A stretch of 27,610 nucleotides of DNA, taken from positions 1-27,610 of the forward strand of contig JAEOTQ010000093.1 in NCBI GenBank assembly GCA_016839785.1, written 5' to 3'. Of the stretch, positions 18,232-27,610 are shown piece after piece. This stretch comes from Candidatus Hodarchaeota archaeon (GTDB lineage: Archaea > Asgardarchaeota > Heimdallarchaeia > Hodarchaeales > Hodarchaeaceae). The position numbers were made by a program, and so were the translations under genes. Numbering within the stretch: the stretch's first letter is position 1; every line of letters begins with the position of its first letter. The notes under the pieces are model-generated. The model saw only the letters and a list, made by a program, of their open reading frames with translations. It was not told where the DNA came from and made no database searches.

Positions 18232-19956
18232 ATGTCAAAAACATATGTCCGTGATGCGACTGGACTAGTACGAGAAATCGGGGTAGTAACCGCAACAATC
18301 TTCATTCTTAGTAATGTTATTGGAGGCGGTTGGCAAAAAAGAGTCTTTCAGACAACTGGTTGGGCTCCTCTTCACCCTGACGACATGATACTCCCAGTCG
18401 ATCCTTTAGTTATTGCATTCCTTCTTACAGGAATAGCTGCAATAGCCACTGTATTCGTTTTCGCAGTGATGGCTACCGCCATGCCCCGAGCAGGTGGAGG
18501 ATATGTATACATTTCCCGAACCATAAGCCCAGGGGTTGGATTCGTCTCCGCGTGGGCCGAATTCCTTGGAATTGCTATTTCTTATGGTTTAATAGCTGTT
18601 GCTGTCGTTGAATTTGCAGTCTTATTTATGCCCGTTGCAGGAATTGATTTAGGATTCCTTGACAATGAAATTGCGTACACTGTCCTTGGAATTGTGTTCA
18701 TATTTGCGTTCGCAGGTATTGCATACTTTGGTACCTCTATGACTGGCAAATTTCTACATGCGATGTTCTGGATTCCCGCAGTAATAACCGTGGGAATATA
18801 TCTGTCTCTCTTACTTGGTGCTCTTGACCCAGGTGCAATGGTTGATGGAATAACATCTGTTACAGAAGCAACGCCGAATGAGTGGATTGCTGACGCAGTA
18901 GCTTCGGGTATCGATGCGGAAAGAGCTCCCGATTATTTCGCGGCTGTTAATACAGCCATTTTAGGAGCCTACTGGTCGTGGATCGGTTATGCTGCAATTT
19001 CATTTGCAGCAGGAGAAGTTAAAGAAGCAAATAGATCATTACCAATTTCTCATCTTGCTGCAGGTTTCATAATACTTGGAGTATACATGAGTATCAGCAC
19101 CTTACTAAGTATGGCTGCCTCTGTTGGTGATCATGGTTCTGGTTGGACATTCTTCCAAGCTTTAGGATTCAATAACTACGGTACGACTACCGCTGATCCA
19201 ACGAATACTGGCTATGGTTGGATGCCTTTTGTTGCTGTTATGGCTGCTGATGGTCTTGGCTTCGGATTTGTTGCAATTTTCTTCGCTTTAGCCGCAGTTC
19301 TTTGGCTAGCAAACGATCTACCTCCTTTCATTATGACATCTTCCCGAATTCTATTCGCAATGTCATTTGATAGGGCATTACCAGAGGCCTTTGCAAAAGT
19401 TGACGAAAAGTACCACTCGCCTACAAATGCTATTATATTCACAGCAGTAGTTGCTGTTTTTGGTGCATTTGCGGAAAGTGGTATTTTTAGTGAGATTGCA
19501 GTCATCGGTGATATCATCGGTAATGGTATTATAGCAACAGATCTGTTCGACGGTATATTCTTTACTATGGCCTGTGTTGCTGCGATCTTGTTACCGCGGC
19601 GTCTAAAAGATGTCTATGATAAGGCAGCTTGGAAACCGCAGATCGGTGGTAGAGAAGCTGTTGTAGTCATCGGTTGGGTCGCGCTCATCGCAAACATATA
19701 TCTAGATTTGATTATTCTAGGTGAGTTTGGTATTTTTGATCCGCTGTTGATCGGTGGCAATACCATACCGTTTGCACCCCCTATTATTCCTAATATAGGT
19801 GGATTAACAGGCGTAGGTGCTGACTTTAACTGGGGCTTTTGGACTGTCTTCGTATTGGTTGTGGTTGGTGCCGTAATCTATCTCTTCATGAAGTCTTACT
19901 ACAGTAGAAGAGGTGTCGACTTCACAACGATTTATGCATCTATTCCACCCGAGTGA
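18232..19956 (+). CDS. APC superfamily amino acid/polyamine permease
   Basis: YVRDATGLVREIG, AMPRAGGGYVYISR, AAGEVKE, SSRILFAMSFDRALP, C-terminal IYASIPPE and 12 or more TMs. GGTGA RBS 6 nt before the ATG. Confidence 0.93.
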   Translation: MSKTYVRDATGLVREIGVVTATIFILSNVIGGGWQKRVFQTTGWAPLHPDDMILPVDPLVIAFLLTGIAAIATVFVFAVMATAMPRAGGGYVYISRTISPGVGFVSAWAEFLGIAISYGLIAVAVVEFAVLFMPVAGIDLGFLDNEIAYTVLGIVFIFAFAGIAYFGTSMTGKFLHAMFWIPAVITVGIYLSLLLGALDPGAMVDGITSVTEATPNEWIADAVASGIDAERAPDYFAAVNTAILGAYWSWIGYAAISFAAGEVKEANRSLPISHLAAGFIILGVYMSISTLLSMAASVGDHGSGWTFFQALGFNNYGTTTADPTNTGYGWMPFVAVMAADGLGFGFVAIFFALAAVLWLANDLPPFIMTSSRILFAMSFDRALPEAFAKVDEKYHSPTNAIIFTAVVAVFGAFAESGIFSEIAVIGDIIGNGIIATDLFDGIFFTMACVAAILLPRRLKDVYDKAAWKPQIGGREAVVVIGWVALIANIYLDLIILGEFGIFDPLLIGGNTIPFAPPIIPNIGGLTGVGADFNWGFWTVFVLVVVGAVIYLFMKSYYSRRGVDFTTIYASIPPE

Positions 19957-19964
19957 GATCAAAA

Positions 19965-19998
19965 TCCTTCTCCTCCCCCCCCTTTTTTTTTTGAAGGA
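19965..19998 (+). terminator. Pyrimidine tract/oligo-T terminator after the APC permease
   Basis: A 28-nt pure pyrimidine run (19965-19992) ending C8T10, bracketed by the TCCTTC/GAAGGA inverted repeat. Confidence 0.6.
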
Positions 19999-20023
19999 AA
20001 ACTTTTAATCGTTAATTTTTCGG

Positions 20024-20632
20024 TTGTTAATTAAATATCAGGATATATTCCCATTGAGTGCACTTCAATTAGATAAGAATGAACTTTTTCTTCGTTATGT
20101 CGAAGAAGAATTAATGATTGGAGGAGGACGCTGGATAGCCACATTCAATATAGCAATTAGAAATTTTCATATCAGTAAAGCTCTTCATTCTAAAACGTCG
20201 GTTGCACAATCTTCGAAGATTGACTCTTTGATCTATGGAGGAGTACGACATTCTGGATTTATCCTATCCAGAGCTTTTTCATTCATGGCTTCGCCAACTT
20301 ATCGAGTTGGTTGTGCAGCTGTTACATTAGAAAATCCAAAAAAGGCGAAATGGTCACATATTGTTAATTGGATGCGCGATCTTCACACAATCAAGAAAGA
20401 AATGGAGTTTGAATGGCTCTGGTTATTAATCTCTGGAAATGGTCCAATTGATCTGTCGTTAATTAAGAAAATACAATCACATGTGACAAAAGAATTAGGT
20501 CTAGTATATGTTGATTTAAAAAATGATGAAATCCACCATTCTGATGGTTTTATAGCCCGACATGGGGCAAAATTATTCCATCCTAAAAATCTCAAAAAGA
20601 AGCCCTCAAAATTGAAGTTTTGGGCTCGTTAG
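20024..20632 (+). CDS. Hypothetical soluble alpha/beta protein
   Basis: 202-aa ORF in the same direction as its neighbours, with no motif recognised. The in-frame TTG at 20054 is an alternative start. Confidence 0.7.
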   Translation: MLIKYQDIFPLSALQLDKNELFLRYVEEELMIGGGRWIATFNIAIRNFHISKALHSKTSVAQSSKIDSLIYGGVRHSGFILSRAFSFMASPTYRVGCAAVTLENPKKAKWSHIVNWMRDLHTIKKEMEFEWLWLLISGNGPIDLSLIKKIQSHVTKELGLVYVDLKNDEIHHSDGFIARHGAKLFHPKNLKKKPSKLKFWAR

Positions 20633-20647
20633 AAGGTGTTTTGACAA

Positions 20648-21193
20648 ATGAAATCTTCTCCTGATATTAAACCGTTTGAAATTCCTAGTTCGGGGTCAGA
20701 TTCGGCCTCACTGAGGACTTACGGAAAAATGACATTGATATTAGCCTTTCTTCTGGTATTAGCCATTGAGACAATGGGATTCTTTATGATCCGTTCAACA
20801 ATAGCTCAAGCTATGGGGCAAGCATTGATTGTTATTGATCTAGGATCAGTTATTGTATTGTTTCTTGGCGCAGGAACATTAACTTACTTTTATTACACAC
20901 GTTACGTAAGAAGGGAAATATTGTTTGAAGCTAAATCCTTTACTTTAAAGATTGGGAAACGAGAGTTTTCATATGAATGGGATGAATTCTCTCTTGTAAC
21001 TCTCTCAACTGCATCTGCTACATATGGACCCAAAGGATTTAGTATTCGACTATATACTGATGATTTGGAGGGAGAATATGTTGAATTACCTATGTATCGT
21101 TTTACTAAAGGCGTAGATGTTTTTGATTTACGAACAATGATTGAGGATAAAGTCAAAATAGCGGCTAAAGAAGATAAGGTAAACCCGAATTAA
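20648..21193 (+). CDS. Hypothetical membrane protein (2 TM plus a beta-rich, bacterial PH-like C-terminal domain)
   Basis: Two hydrophobic helices, then ILFEAKSFTLKIG..FSYEWDEFSLV, which resembles the 'I.W.EI..V' pattern. AGAAGGTG RBS. Confidence 0.7.
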   Translation: MKSSPDIKPFEIPSSGSDSASLRTYGKMTLILAFLLVLAIETMGFFMIRSTIAQAMGQALIVIDLGSVIVLFLGAGTLTYFYYTRYVRREILFEAKSFTLKIGKREFSYEWDEFSLVTLSTASATYGPKGFSIRLYTDDLEGEYVELPMYRFTKGVDVFDLRTMIEDKVKIAAKEDKVNPN

Positions 21194-21206
21194 ATTCATT
21201 AAAAGA

Positions 21207-22013
21207 TTACCGAGATTTCCGCTTCCCTTTTTCTAATGATATATCTTTTACCACTTGTGAATCACCAACGGGTTTCTTAGAATAAAAACTTTTTTGGCCG
21301 AGATAAGACATGGCTTCTGTCAGATTAAATAAGATTTCTAAGAAAAACTTTGGATTCAAATCTTCTTTCAATAATGCAACCATTCTAATTGAGGGTTGGG
21401 CTAAGGGGTAATAAGATAATCGAATTAGGGAATGTCGAACTGAGTAAAGATATTTTATAATTTGAGGATCTTTTTTAAAGGCAGCTTGAAAAAATTCTAA
21501 ATCATTTACACGTATGATAAATTCTTCTTCAAATTTTCTAGATCCTAAGGGTAGATGCTCCAATTTGTATAGCATATCAGCTAGTGATTCAATTCTTTTC
21601 TTATCATCTTTATTCAAAACTTCAATTTGATAACGTTTTACAACCTTATCAGCTGGATCAGCTTCAAACAGAACATAATCAAACTTCTTCTTTACCAGAC
21701 TAGCAACTCTACTGATAATTAAATGACGGTGGATCATTGTAAAATGTAAACGGAAATTTATCAATGAACTTTCCTCTTCCACTTCTCCCAAATATGTCCT
21801 TCCTATCGTATCTGATTCAACTAATTCCAAATTTTTAATTTTTCCCTTGCTAATATTTTTAAATTTGATAAATGATGAATCCATGAGGTTAATGTTTGTT
21901 TTTTTACCAATATAGTATACAGCCAAACCAATGATTATTGTAAGACCACTTAAAACTATAGTGGGAAGAAAATATATTATATATGAAATTATTACGTCAA
22001 TTGTTGATACCAC
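21207..22013 (-). CDS. N-terminally anchored membrane protein resembling DUF1682/CCDC47
   Basis: TM helix, then YYIGKKTN, F.MIHRHLII..VASLVKKKFDYVLF, FIIRVND and IIKYLYSV..SLIRLSY. The resemblance is by eye to a remembered family pattern. Confidence 0.55.
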   Translation of the reverse strand: MVSTIDVIISYIIYFLPTIVLSGLTIIIGLAVYYIGKKTNINLMDSSFIKFKNISKGKIKNLELVESDTIGRTYLGEVEEESSLINFRLHFTMIHRHLIISRVASLVKKKFDYVLFEADPADKVVKRYQIEVLNKDDKKRIESLADMLYKLEHLPLGSRKFEEEFIIRVNDLEFFQAAFKKDPQIIKYLYSVRHSLIRLSYYPLAQPSIRMVALLKEDLNPKFFLEILFNLTEAMSYLGQKSFYSKKPVGDSQVVKDISLEKGKRKSR

Positions 22014-22201
22014 GAGCTTAAAACCTCAATAACGAATTTCAAACGATCAGAAGAAGAATAACTTCAATCAGTCTTTATGTATTTTCCTTCGGTGCTTAGA
22101 CTGTTGCTCAGAGAAGGACATATTAATTTTCATTAATTTGAAAATAATGCACAAAGTTAACTATTGACTGGAGCTAGAACTTCCCCAGGTTTTGAAAATA
22201 A

Positions 22202-23239
22202 ATGCTAAAAGATATTACACGGAGTTTACAATTGACTGGTGCTAGAACTTATCTAGTAAGTCTTCCTAGAGAATGGATCGAACGAAATGGACTTGAGGCT
22301 AAAGACGAAATCGGTATACGCATCGAAAATGAAAATTATTTACTCCTTTATCCACGAAATCCTCGTTTGATTCCTAAGAAGACAACTACAATTCCAGAAT
22401 CTGAAACCATTGAACTTGAGCTTCTTTCTAGGTATATCACAGGCTTTGATACTATGGTGGTATATTCAAGTGAGGGAAATAAGATTAAGGACCCAGATAA
22501 GATTCGTGAAGAAATTAGACATCAAATAGGGCTGGAAATAATTCGTGAATCCCCTAATCAATTAGAAATTCAATTTATCGCTTCTTCAGTACTTGACTTG
22601 CAAACGTTAGTTAGAAAAATCTATGCCTTAGCATTCAGTATGTTAGATGATGCGATTAGTGCAATCTTCTCTGGAAATAATGAAAAACGAGATAAGATAG
22701 TAAAAAGATATTCTGAAATAGACCGAGTATATTACTTCATTGTTAGGTTGTTACAAAAATCTTTTGAGGATCCACTAGAAGAAATTAATGAGAGTCTATA
22801 TCCTTTTGAAGGCTTAAATTATCAGATTGTTGCTTATCAGGGAGAAGTTCTGGGACGATCGTGCAAAGAGCTTGCAGAGAGGATTGGCAAATTCCAGAAA
22901 TCATTCTTGACCACAGAAACCGAGTCTATGGTAAGGGAAATTGCAGAGAAGCTCATTAAACTACTAGATTCAGCCATTGAAGCCTTTTTGAATAAGGATA
23001 CTGAAAAAGCGGCCGTTACAGTGGAAGAAGTTAGAAACAAGAAATATCAAGTTCAACCATTACTTGCTATTATCTCGGGAGAAGCGGCAGATGAACCCAC
23101 TTGGTTTTTAGCAAGATTATTATCTAGTTTGCTTGAACAGGCAGACCAAGTATGTTATCTCACCGATATTGTCACACGAGGATTTAATGCCTTACACGAA
23201 TACGATACGAAACAGTATCTGGATTCAGAACTCTCTTAA
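22202..23239 (+). CDS. phoU: Archaeal AbrB-PhoU phosphate uptake regulator family protein
   Basis: AbrB-type N-terminus RSLQLTGARTYLVSLPREWI, YITGFD, IGLEII, and PhoU helices with EIDRVYYFIVR. Confidence 0.85.
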   Translation: MLKDITRSLQLTGARTYLVSLPREWIERNGLEAKDEIGIRIENENYLLLYPRNPRLIPKKTTTIPESETIELELLSRYITGFDTMVVYSSEGNKIKDPDKIREEIRHQIGLEIIRESPNQLEIQFIASSVLDLQTLVRKIYALAFSMLDDAISAIFSGNNEKRDKIVKRYSEIDRVYYFIVRLLQKSFEDPLEEINESLYPFEGLNYQIVAYQGEVLGRSCKELAERIGKFQKSFLTTETESMVREIAEKLIKLLDSAIEAFLNKDTEKAAVTVEEVRNKKYQVQPLLAIISGEAADEPTWFLARLLSSLLEQADQVCYLTDIVTRGFNALHEYDTKQYLDSELS

Positions 23240-23449
23240 TTCCCCTTTATTCTGAAGTTCGTTCCTGATTAACTATGTTGAAAGTGTAAACCATTAGGAC
23301 CGCAAAACCCCTCTAAATGTCATCATTCTTCAATTTCTATGTTAGTCAAAATTTATTATGAAGGTTAGAAATGCTCATTAGCAGAAAAATAATTGGTAGC
23401 TTAACAGTAAAAGTACGCTATTAAAGTAATTGTAGATTTGGGATTTACT

Positions 23450-24253
23450 ATGACATGTTTAGAGAAGATATTTAATATAACTAAGCCAATAATTGGAATG
23501 GTTCACTTCCCCCCCCTTCCCCATACCCCTGAATACGATGATGAAGAAGGGATGGAAAATATTATATCGAGTGCAAGACAGGATATTTATGCTTTACAGG
23601 AAGGTGGGATAGATGGCCTTTTGTTCTGCAATGAGGGGGATAGACCTTATGCTAACGGTGTGGATCCAGTAATTGTTGCCGCAATGTCAGCTGCGATTGG
23701 AGAATTAAAACCCGATATCGACATCCCATTCGGAGTAGATATCATGTGGGATCCAATATCTGCTATTTCTGTTGCTAAAGCAACCCAGGCAAAATTTGTG
23801 CGAGGAGTCTTTACAGGAGCTTTTGCAGGGGATATGGGATTTTTTAGTGCTCCTGGAGCTGAAGCCTTAAGATATAAGAAAGCTATTGAGGCATATGATG
23901 TAAAAATATTCAGTATCGTCAATGCAGAATTTGCTCATCCTTTAGACAGACGGGTTCTTTCACTTATTGCAAAAGGAGCGGTTTTTGTGGGTATTGCGGA
24001 TGCATTATGTGTCTCAGGACCCATGACTGGAATGGAAGCCAAATTAAAGGAATTGAAAATCGTCAAAGATAATTCTTTGGGAGCAGATGTCATTGTGAAT
24101 ACAGGTGCTCGAAAAGATAACATTTTGAAGCAATTAGAAGTCGCTGATGGTGTTATTGTTGGCACAAGTCTAAAATTTGACGGAGATACGTGGAAAAACG
24201 TTGATATCAATCGTGTCCAAGAGTTTATGCAAGTAATTAAGACCTTACGATAG
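23450..24253 (+). CDS. btpA: BtpA/SgcQ family TIM-barrel protein
   Basis: KPIIGMVHFPPLP, NEGDRPY, PFGVD, FVRG, ADALCVSGPMTG, NTGA, ADGVIVGTSLK.DG. ATG 23450. Confidence 0.92.
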   Translation: MTCLEKIFNITKPIIGMVHFPPLPHTPEYDDEEGMENIISSARQDIYALQEGGIDGLLFCNEGDRPYANGVDPVIVAAMSAAIGELKPDIDIPFGVDIMWDPISAISVAKATQAKFVRGVFTGAFAGDMGFFSAPGAEALRYKKAIEAYDVKIFSIVNAEFAHPLDRRVLSLIAKGAVFVGIADALCVSGPMTGMEAKLKELKIVKDNSLGADVIVNTGARKDNILKQLEVADGVIVGTSLKFDGDTWKNVDINRVQEFMQVIKTLR

Positions 24254-24395
24254 AGAAACGATCGTAAGCTACTCTCCCAATCTCAAAGATAATGATTTTA
24301 ATCTCTGTGTAATAATCCATTAAAGAGCGTAATCTAGTGATTTCTTATCAGATTACTCCCCCCAAGTCATTCAATAAAGGAAGTGCTTTTTCTAG

Positions 24396-27300
24396 TTGAG
24401 AATTTCCTTGAAAGCCCGTAATAAATACAAATTAGCTGACGAATTCTTTAATACCAAGGAAGGTTACATTACTTTCCCCGATATTTACTTAGTTAGGTTA
24501 TTTGTGGAATCTATTAATGGAAAAAAAGATTTACTCCATTTTCCAGAACTTGCAGTTCGTGCTTCAGAAATAAATGGCATCGGACTGATAAATGAAATAT
24601 CTCACAATATTTTTAGACAATTTAAAGAAGAAGTCAAGCCAGATCTTTATAAAAGCTTATTATCGGAATTAAAAGTAGATATAGATCAAGTAGACCTCAA
24701 AAATGAAATGAAAGCTTTTCTAGAGGAGTTTCCTAATCAAAATATTTATTCAGGAGAGGCAGATGTTGAAGTATATCTCGAGGAAACAACTGAAGGCAGA
24801 CCAAATCAAGAAATCATCCTCGAAGAGATGATTCATCTTTGGTTGAATAATAATAATCCGTCTTTCTCCAAACATCTAGAATTTTTTGATGATGCAGATC
24901 TTGAAAAGACCTCAAACTATCGTGAAATTATGGAAAAAATTGAACAATTTTTTACAAAGCAGGAACTATTTGGTCCTGAGAACTTACCTCTAATTCAATC
25001 AATCCAGAAACCTGTTTCAGAACATCCATATTCGATAAAAGATCAATTGGAATATATGACTAAAAATTGGGGAGCATTCCTTGATTCAACAACATATTAT
25101 CGATTGTTATACGCACTTGACCTTTTTGCAGAAGAAGAAAAAATGAGGGGGTTGGGTCCTGGTGAAGCCCAAGCAATAGATTATGGGGATGGTCTTGAAG
25201 AAAGGTACACACCTGATAAAGATTGGATGCCAAATGTTGTTATGATTGCAAAGACCACTTATGTCTGGCTTGATCAGCTATCAAAGAAATATAACAGAGA
25301 AATACACCACCTAGATCAAATACCAATAGAGGAATTAGATCAATTAGCTTCATGGGGATTTAATGCCCTCTGGTTAATAGGGCTCTGGGAAAGAAGTCCT
25401 GCATCAAGAAGAGTAAAGCATTGGTGTGGTAATCCCGAAGCAGAAGCTTCTGCTTACAGCTTGTTTGATTATGTAATAGCACAGGATCTGGGAGGAGAAA
25501 AGGCTTATCAAATTTTGAAAGAGCAAGCACAGAGTAGAGGAATTCGCTTAGCTTCAGACATGGTTCCAAATCATACAGGTATTGATTCTAAGTGGGTGAG
25601 GGAACATCCCGAATGGTATGTTTCATTGGATTATTCTCCTTTTCCTTCCTATTCATATTCTGGTGAGAGTTTATCAGGTGACCCAAATCTTGGTATATAC
25701 TTAGAAGATCATTATTTTTCGCGATCAGATGCTGCTGTTACTTTTAAACGGATAGACTTTCGCACTAATGAAACCAAGTTTATTTATCATGGTAATGATG
25801 GGACAAGTATGCCTTGGAATGATACTGCACAGCTCAACTACCTTTTAAAAGATGTTAGAGAAGCCGTTATTAAGACAATTTTACACGTTGCTAGAAAATT
25901 TCCAATCATTCGCTTTGATGCAGCAATGACATTAACCAAGAAGCATTTTCAACGTCTATGGTTTCCAACTCCTGGAAGTGGAGGCGATATCCCGTCAAGA
26001 GCAGGTATGGGATTGACTCAAGATGAGTTTCACAAAGCATTTCCTCAAGAGTTTTGGCGAGAAGTAGTGGATCGAATCAACGAAAAGATGCCTGACACTC
26101 TGTTATTAGCAGAAGCATTCTGGTTGTTAGAAGGATTCTTTGTTAGAACCTTAGGAATGCACAGGGTTTACAATTCCGCCTTCATGAACATGCTTAGGGA
26201 TGAAGACAATGCGAAATATCGGTCTGTGATAAAAAATACACTAGAATATGATCCACAAATTTTAAAACGATTTGTAAACTTCATGAATAACCCTGATGAA
26301 GAGACAGCGGTTAAACAATTTGGAAAGGGAGAAAAATATTTCGGTATTTGCCTTCTTTTAGTGACTTTACCTGGATTACCAATGTTCGGACATGGAATGA
26401 TTGAAGGATTTTCAGAAAAATATGGAATGGAATATCGAAAAGCCTACTGGGATGAAGAAGTTGATTGGGGGTTACTCCAACATCACGAGAGAGTTATCTT
26501 CCCATTAGTGAATAACCGTTATTTATTCTCGAACGTGGACAATTTTTATCTTTACGATTTGTACACAACAGATGGATATGTAGATGAAAATGTTTTCTGC
26601 TACTCTAATGGAACTGAAACCGAACGATCTCTTATAATATACAACAATAACTTCAAGGGTACAGCTGGCTGGATCAAAACGTCTTCTGCAAAACTTAATA
26701 AGAGTACAGAGGTTCTACATCAACAAACACTAGGAGGGGGATTATTGCTTACAAATGACCCTGAGAAATACTGGATTTTCAAAGATCAATTTTCCAATCA
26801 AGAATATATTAGACACTCATCAGAGATTTTTGATCAAGGATTCTATGTTATCTTAAATGGGTACCAGTCTATGGCTCTCATTAATTTTCGAGAAGTTGTT
26901 GATAATGAATGGAAACATTATTCTCATCTAAACAATTTTCTTGGAGGAAGAGGTGTCCCTAACATAGAAGAAGCAAAACTAGAGCTCGTTTACGAGCCTT
27001 TATTACAAGCTCTTCGGTCGGTATTTAATTCTGAACTCATTTTCCCATTGTATAAGGCTATAATGCTTTTAGATCTTAAAAATGTGACAGAAACCATTGA
27101 CCTTGAACGTGTTAACTATGAAGAGCTTTATTTCCAAGTAGCGACTTACACAAATGATAATTTAATTGTTGCAGAAAGAAAACAAATAAGCGAATATTCT
27201 TACAGTAAAATTCTGAAAGATTTACTGAGCTTGAGCAGAGTGTACACAAAGGATATGAGTTTTTCCGATGAAATGAGTGATTATATTCTACAAAAAGCTA

Positions 27301-27610
27301 ATAAATTCTCAATTGCATATGCTTGGATTATACTAAGAGGTATAGGTAGAATTGGAAAAGAAGAAGATTATTCAATTAGAAGTAGAGCTCGTCTAGATCA
27401 ATGGCACCTTGGACATGTGCTCAGAGACCAACTATCAAGATTTCCACGTGTAACCATTGATGAGGCTGATTTCGACATTAATCTCGTTAAAGTATTAATT
27501 AGACACCAGTACTGGTTTAAAGATAAAAATATTAAGAATGCAGGAACAATCCTTCGTTTACTTCTTGCCGATCCCGAAATTCATGATTTTTTAAACATTA
27601 ATAGATTCCA
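24396..27610 (+). CDS. Large GH13 alpha-amylase-family protein, 3'-truncated (at least 1071 aa; absent from the ORF track)
   Basis: TTG 24396 follows TAG and opens MRISLKARNKYKL. The same frame is read at the window end (...LADPEIHDFLNINRF), and the ORF track reports no stop-terminated ORF here. GH13 regions: WLIGLWERS, DMVPNH, RFDAAM, LAEAFW, FMNNPDE. Confidence 0.93.
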   Translation, partial: MRISLKARNKYKLADEFFNTKEGYITFPDIYLVRLFVESINGKKDLLHFPELAVRASEINGIGLINEISHNIFRQFKEEVKPDLYKSLLSELKVDIDQVDLKNEMKAFLEEFPNQNIYSGEADVEVYLEETTEGRPNQEIILEEMIHLWLNNNNPSFSKHLEFFDDADLEKTSNYREIMEKIEQFFTKQELFGPENLPLIQSIQKPVSEHPYSIKDQLEYMTKNWGAFLDSTTYYRLLYALDLFAEEEKMRGLGPGEAQAIDYGDGLEERYTPDKDWMPNVVMIAKTTYVWLDQLSKKYNREIHHLDQIPIEELDQLASWGFNALWLIGLWERSPASRRVKHWCGNPEAEASAYSLFDYVIAQDLGGEKAYQILKEQAQSRGIRLASDMVPNHTGIDSKWVREHPEWYVSLDYSPFPSYSYSGESLSGDPNLGIYLEDHYFSRSDAAVTFKRIDFRTNETKFIYHGNDGTSMPWNDTAQLNYLLKDVREAVIKTILHVARKFPIIRFDAAMTLTKKHFQRLWFPTPGSGGDIPSRAGMGLTQDEFHKAFPQEFWREVVDRINEKMPDTLLLAEAFWLLEGFFVRTLGMHRVYNSAFMNMLRDEDNAKYRSVIKNTLEYDPQILKRFVNFMNNPDEETAVKQFGKGEKYFGICLLLVTLPGLPMFGHGMIEGFSEKYGMEYRKAYWDEEVDWGLLQHHERVIFPLVNNRYLFSNVDNFYLYDLYTTDGYVDENVFCYSNGTETERSLIIYNNNFKGTAGWIKTSSAKLNKSTEVLHQQTLGGGLLLTNDPEKYWIFKDQFSNQEYIRHSSEIFDQGFYVILNGYQSMALINFREVVDNEWKHYSHLNNFLGGRGVPNIEEAKLELVYEPLLQALRSVFNSELIFPLYKAIMLLDLKNVTETIDLERVNYEELYFQVATYTNDNLIVAERKQISEYSYSKILKDLLSLSRVYTKDMSFSDEMSDYILQKANKFSIAYAWIILRGIGRIGKEEDYSIRSRARLDQWHLGHVLRDQLSRFPRVTIDEADFDINLVKVLIRHQYWFKDKNIKNAGTILRLLLADPEIHDFLNINRF

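Noticed and set aside
18232-19956. Visibly higher G+C in the APC gene as evidence of recent transfer
   Set aside because: It can be explained by Ala/Gly/Val-rich composition or expression bias. There are no mobility signatures and I did not quantify it.
24288-24306. Fur-box-like GATAATGATTTTAATC
   Set aside because: Only about 12/19 positions match the consensus in AT-rich DNA, and no metal-related gene lies downstream.
495-25569. Short overlapping or antisense ORFs in the track (e.g. 495-683, 1536-1874, 2879-3154, 6709-7083, 9536-9808, 11022-11375, 19212-19517, 23647-23922, 25360-25569)
   Set aside because: They lie within or opposite well-supported genes and show no recognisable motifs, so they are treated as shadow ORFs.

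Overview
AT-rich, gene-dense archaeal chromosomal segment. An Asgard/Heimdallarchaeia-like origin is inferred from GGTGA ribosome-binding sites, an archaeal AbrB-PhoU regulator, PGF-type C-terminal sorting tails and a CCDC47-like protein; it was not checked by search. There are about 24 CDSs, mostly hydrolases and transporters. These include a stand-alone OLD-family ATPase/TOPRIM nuclease, a C-N hydrolase cluster (isochorismatase, amidinotransferase/deiminase, PuuE-like deacetylase, EamA, LysE) and an uncharacterised module of two paralogous nucleotidyltransferases, a metallophosphoesterase, an APC permease, hypotheticals, a PhoU regulator and BtpA. A 3'-truncated GH13 gene of more than 1070 aa is missing from the ORF track. 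The most unusual non-coding signal is an exact 70-bp-period triple array at 10401-10610 with conserved flanks and three different, but each self-complementary, 17-nt cores. No rRNA, tRNA, transposase, integrase or cas gene was seen.
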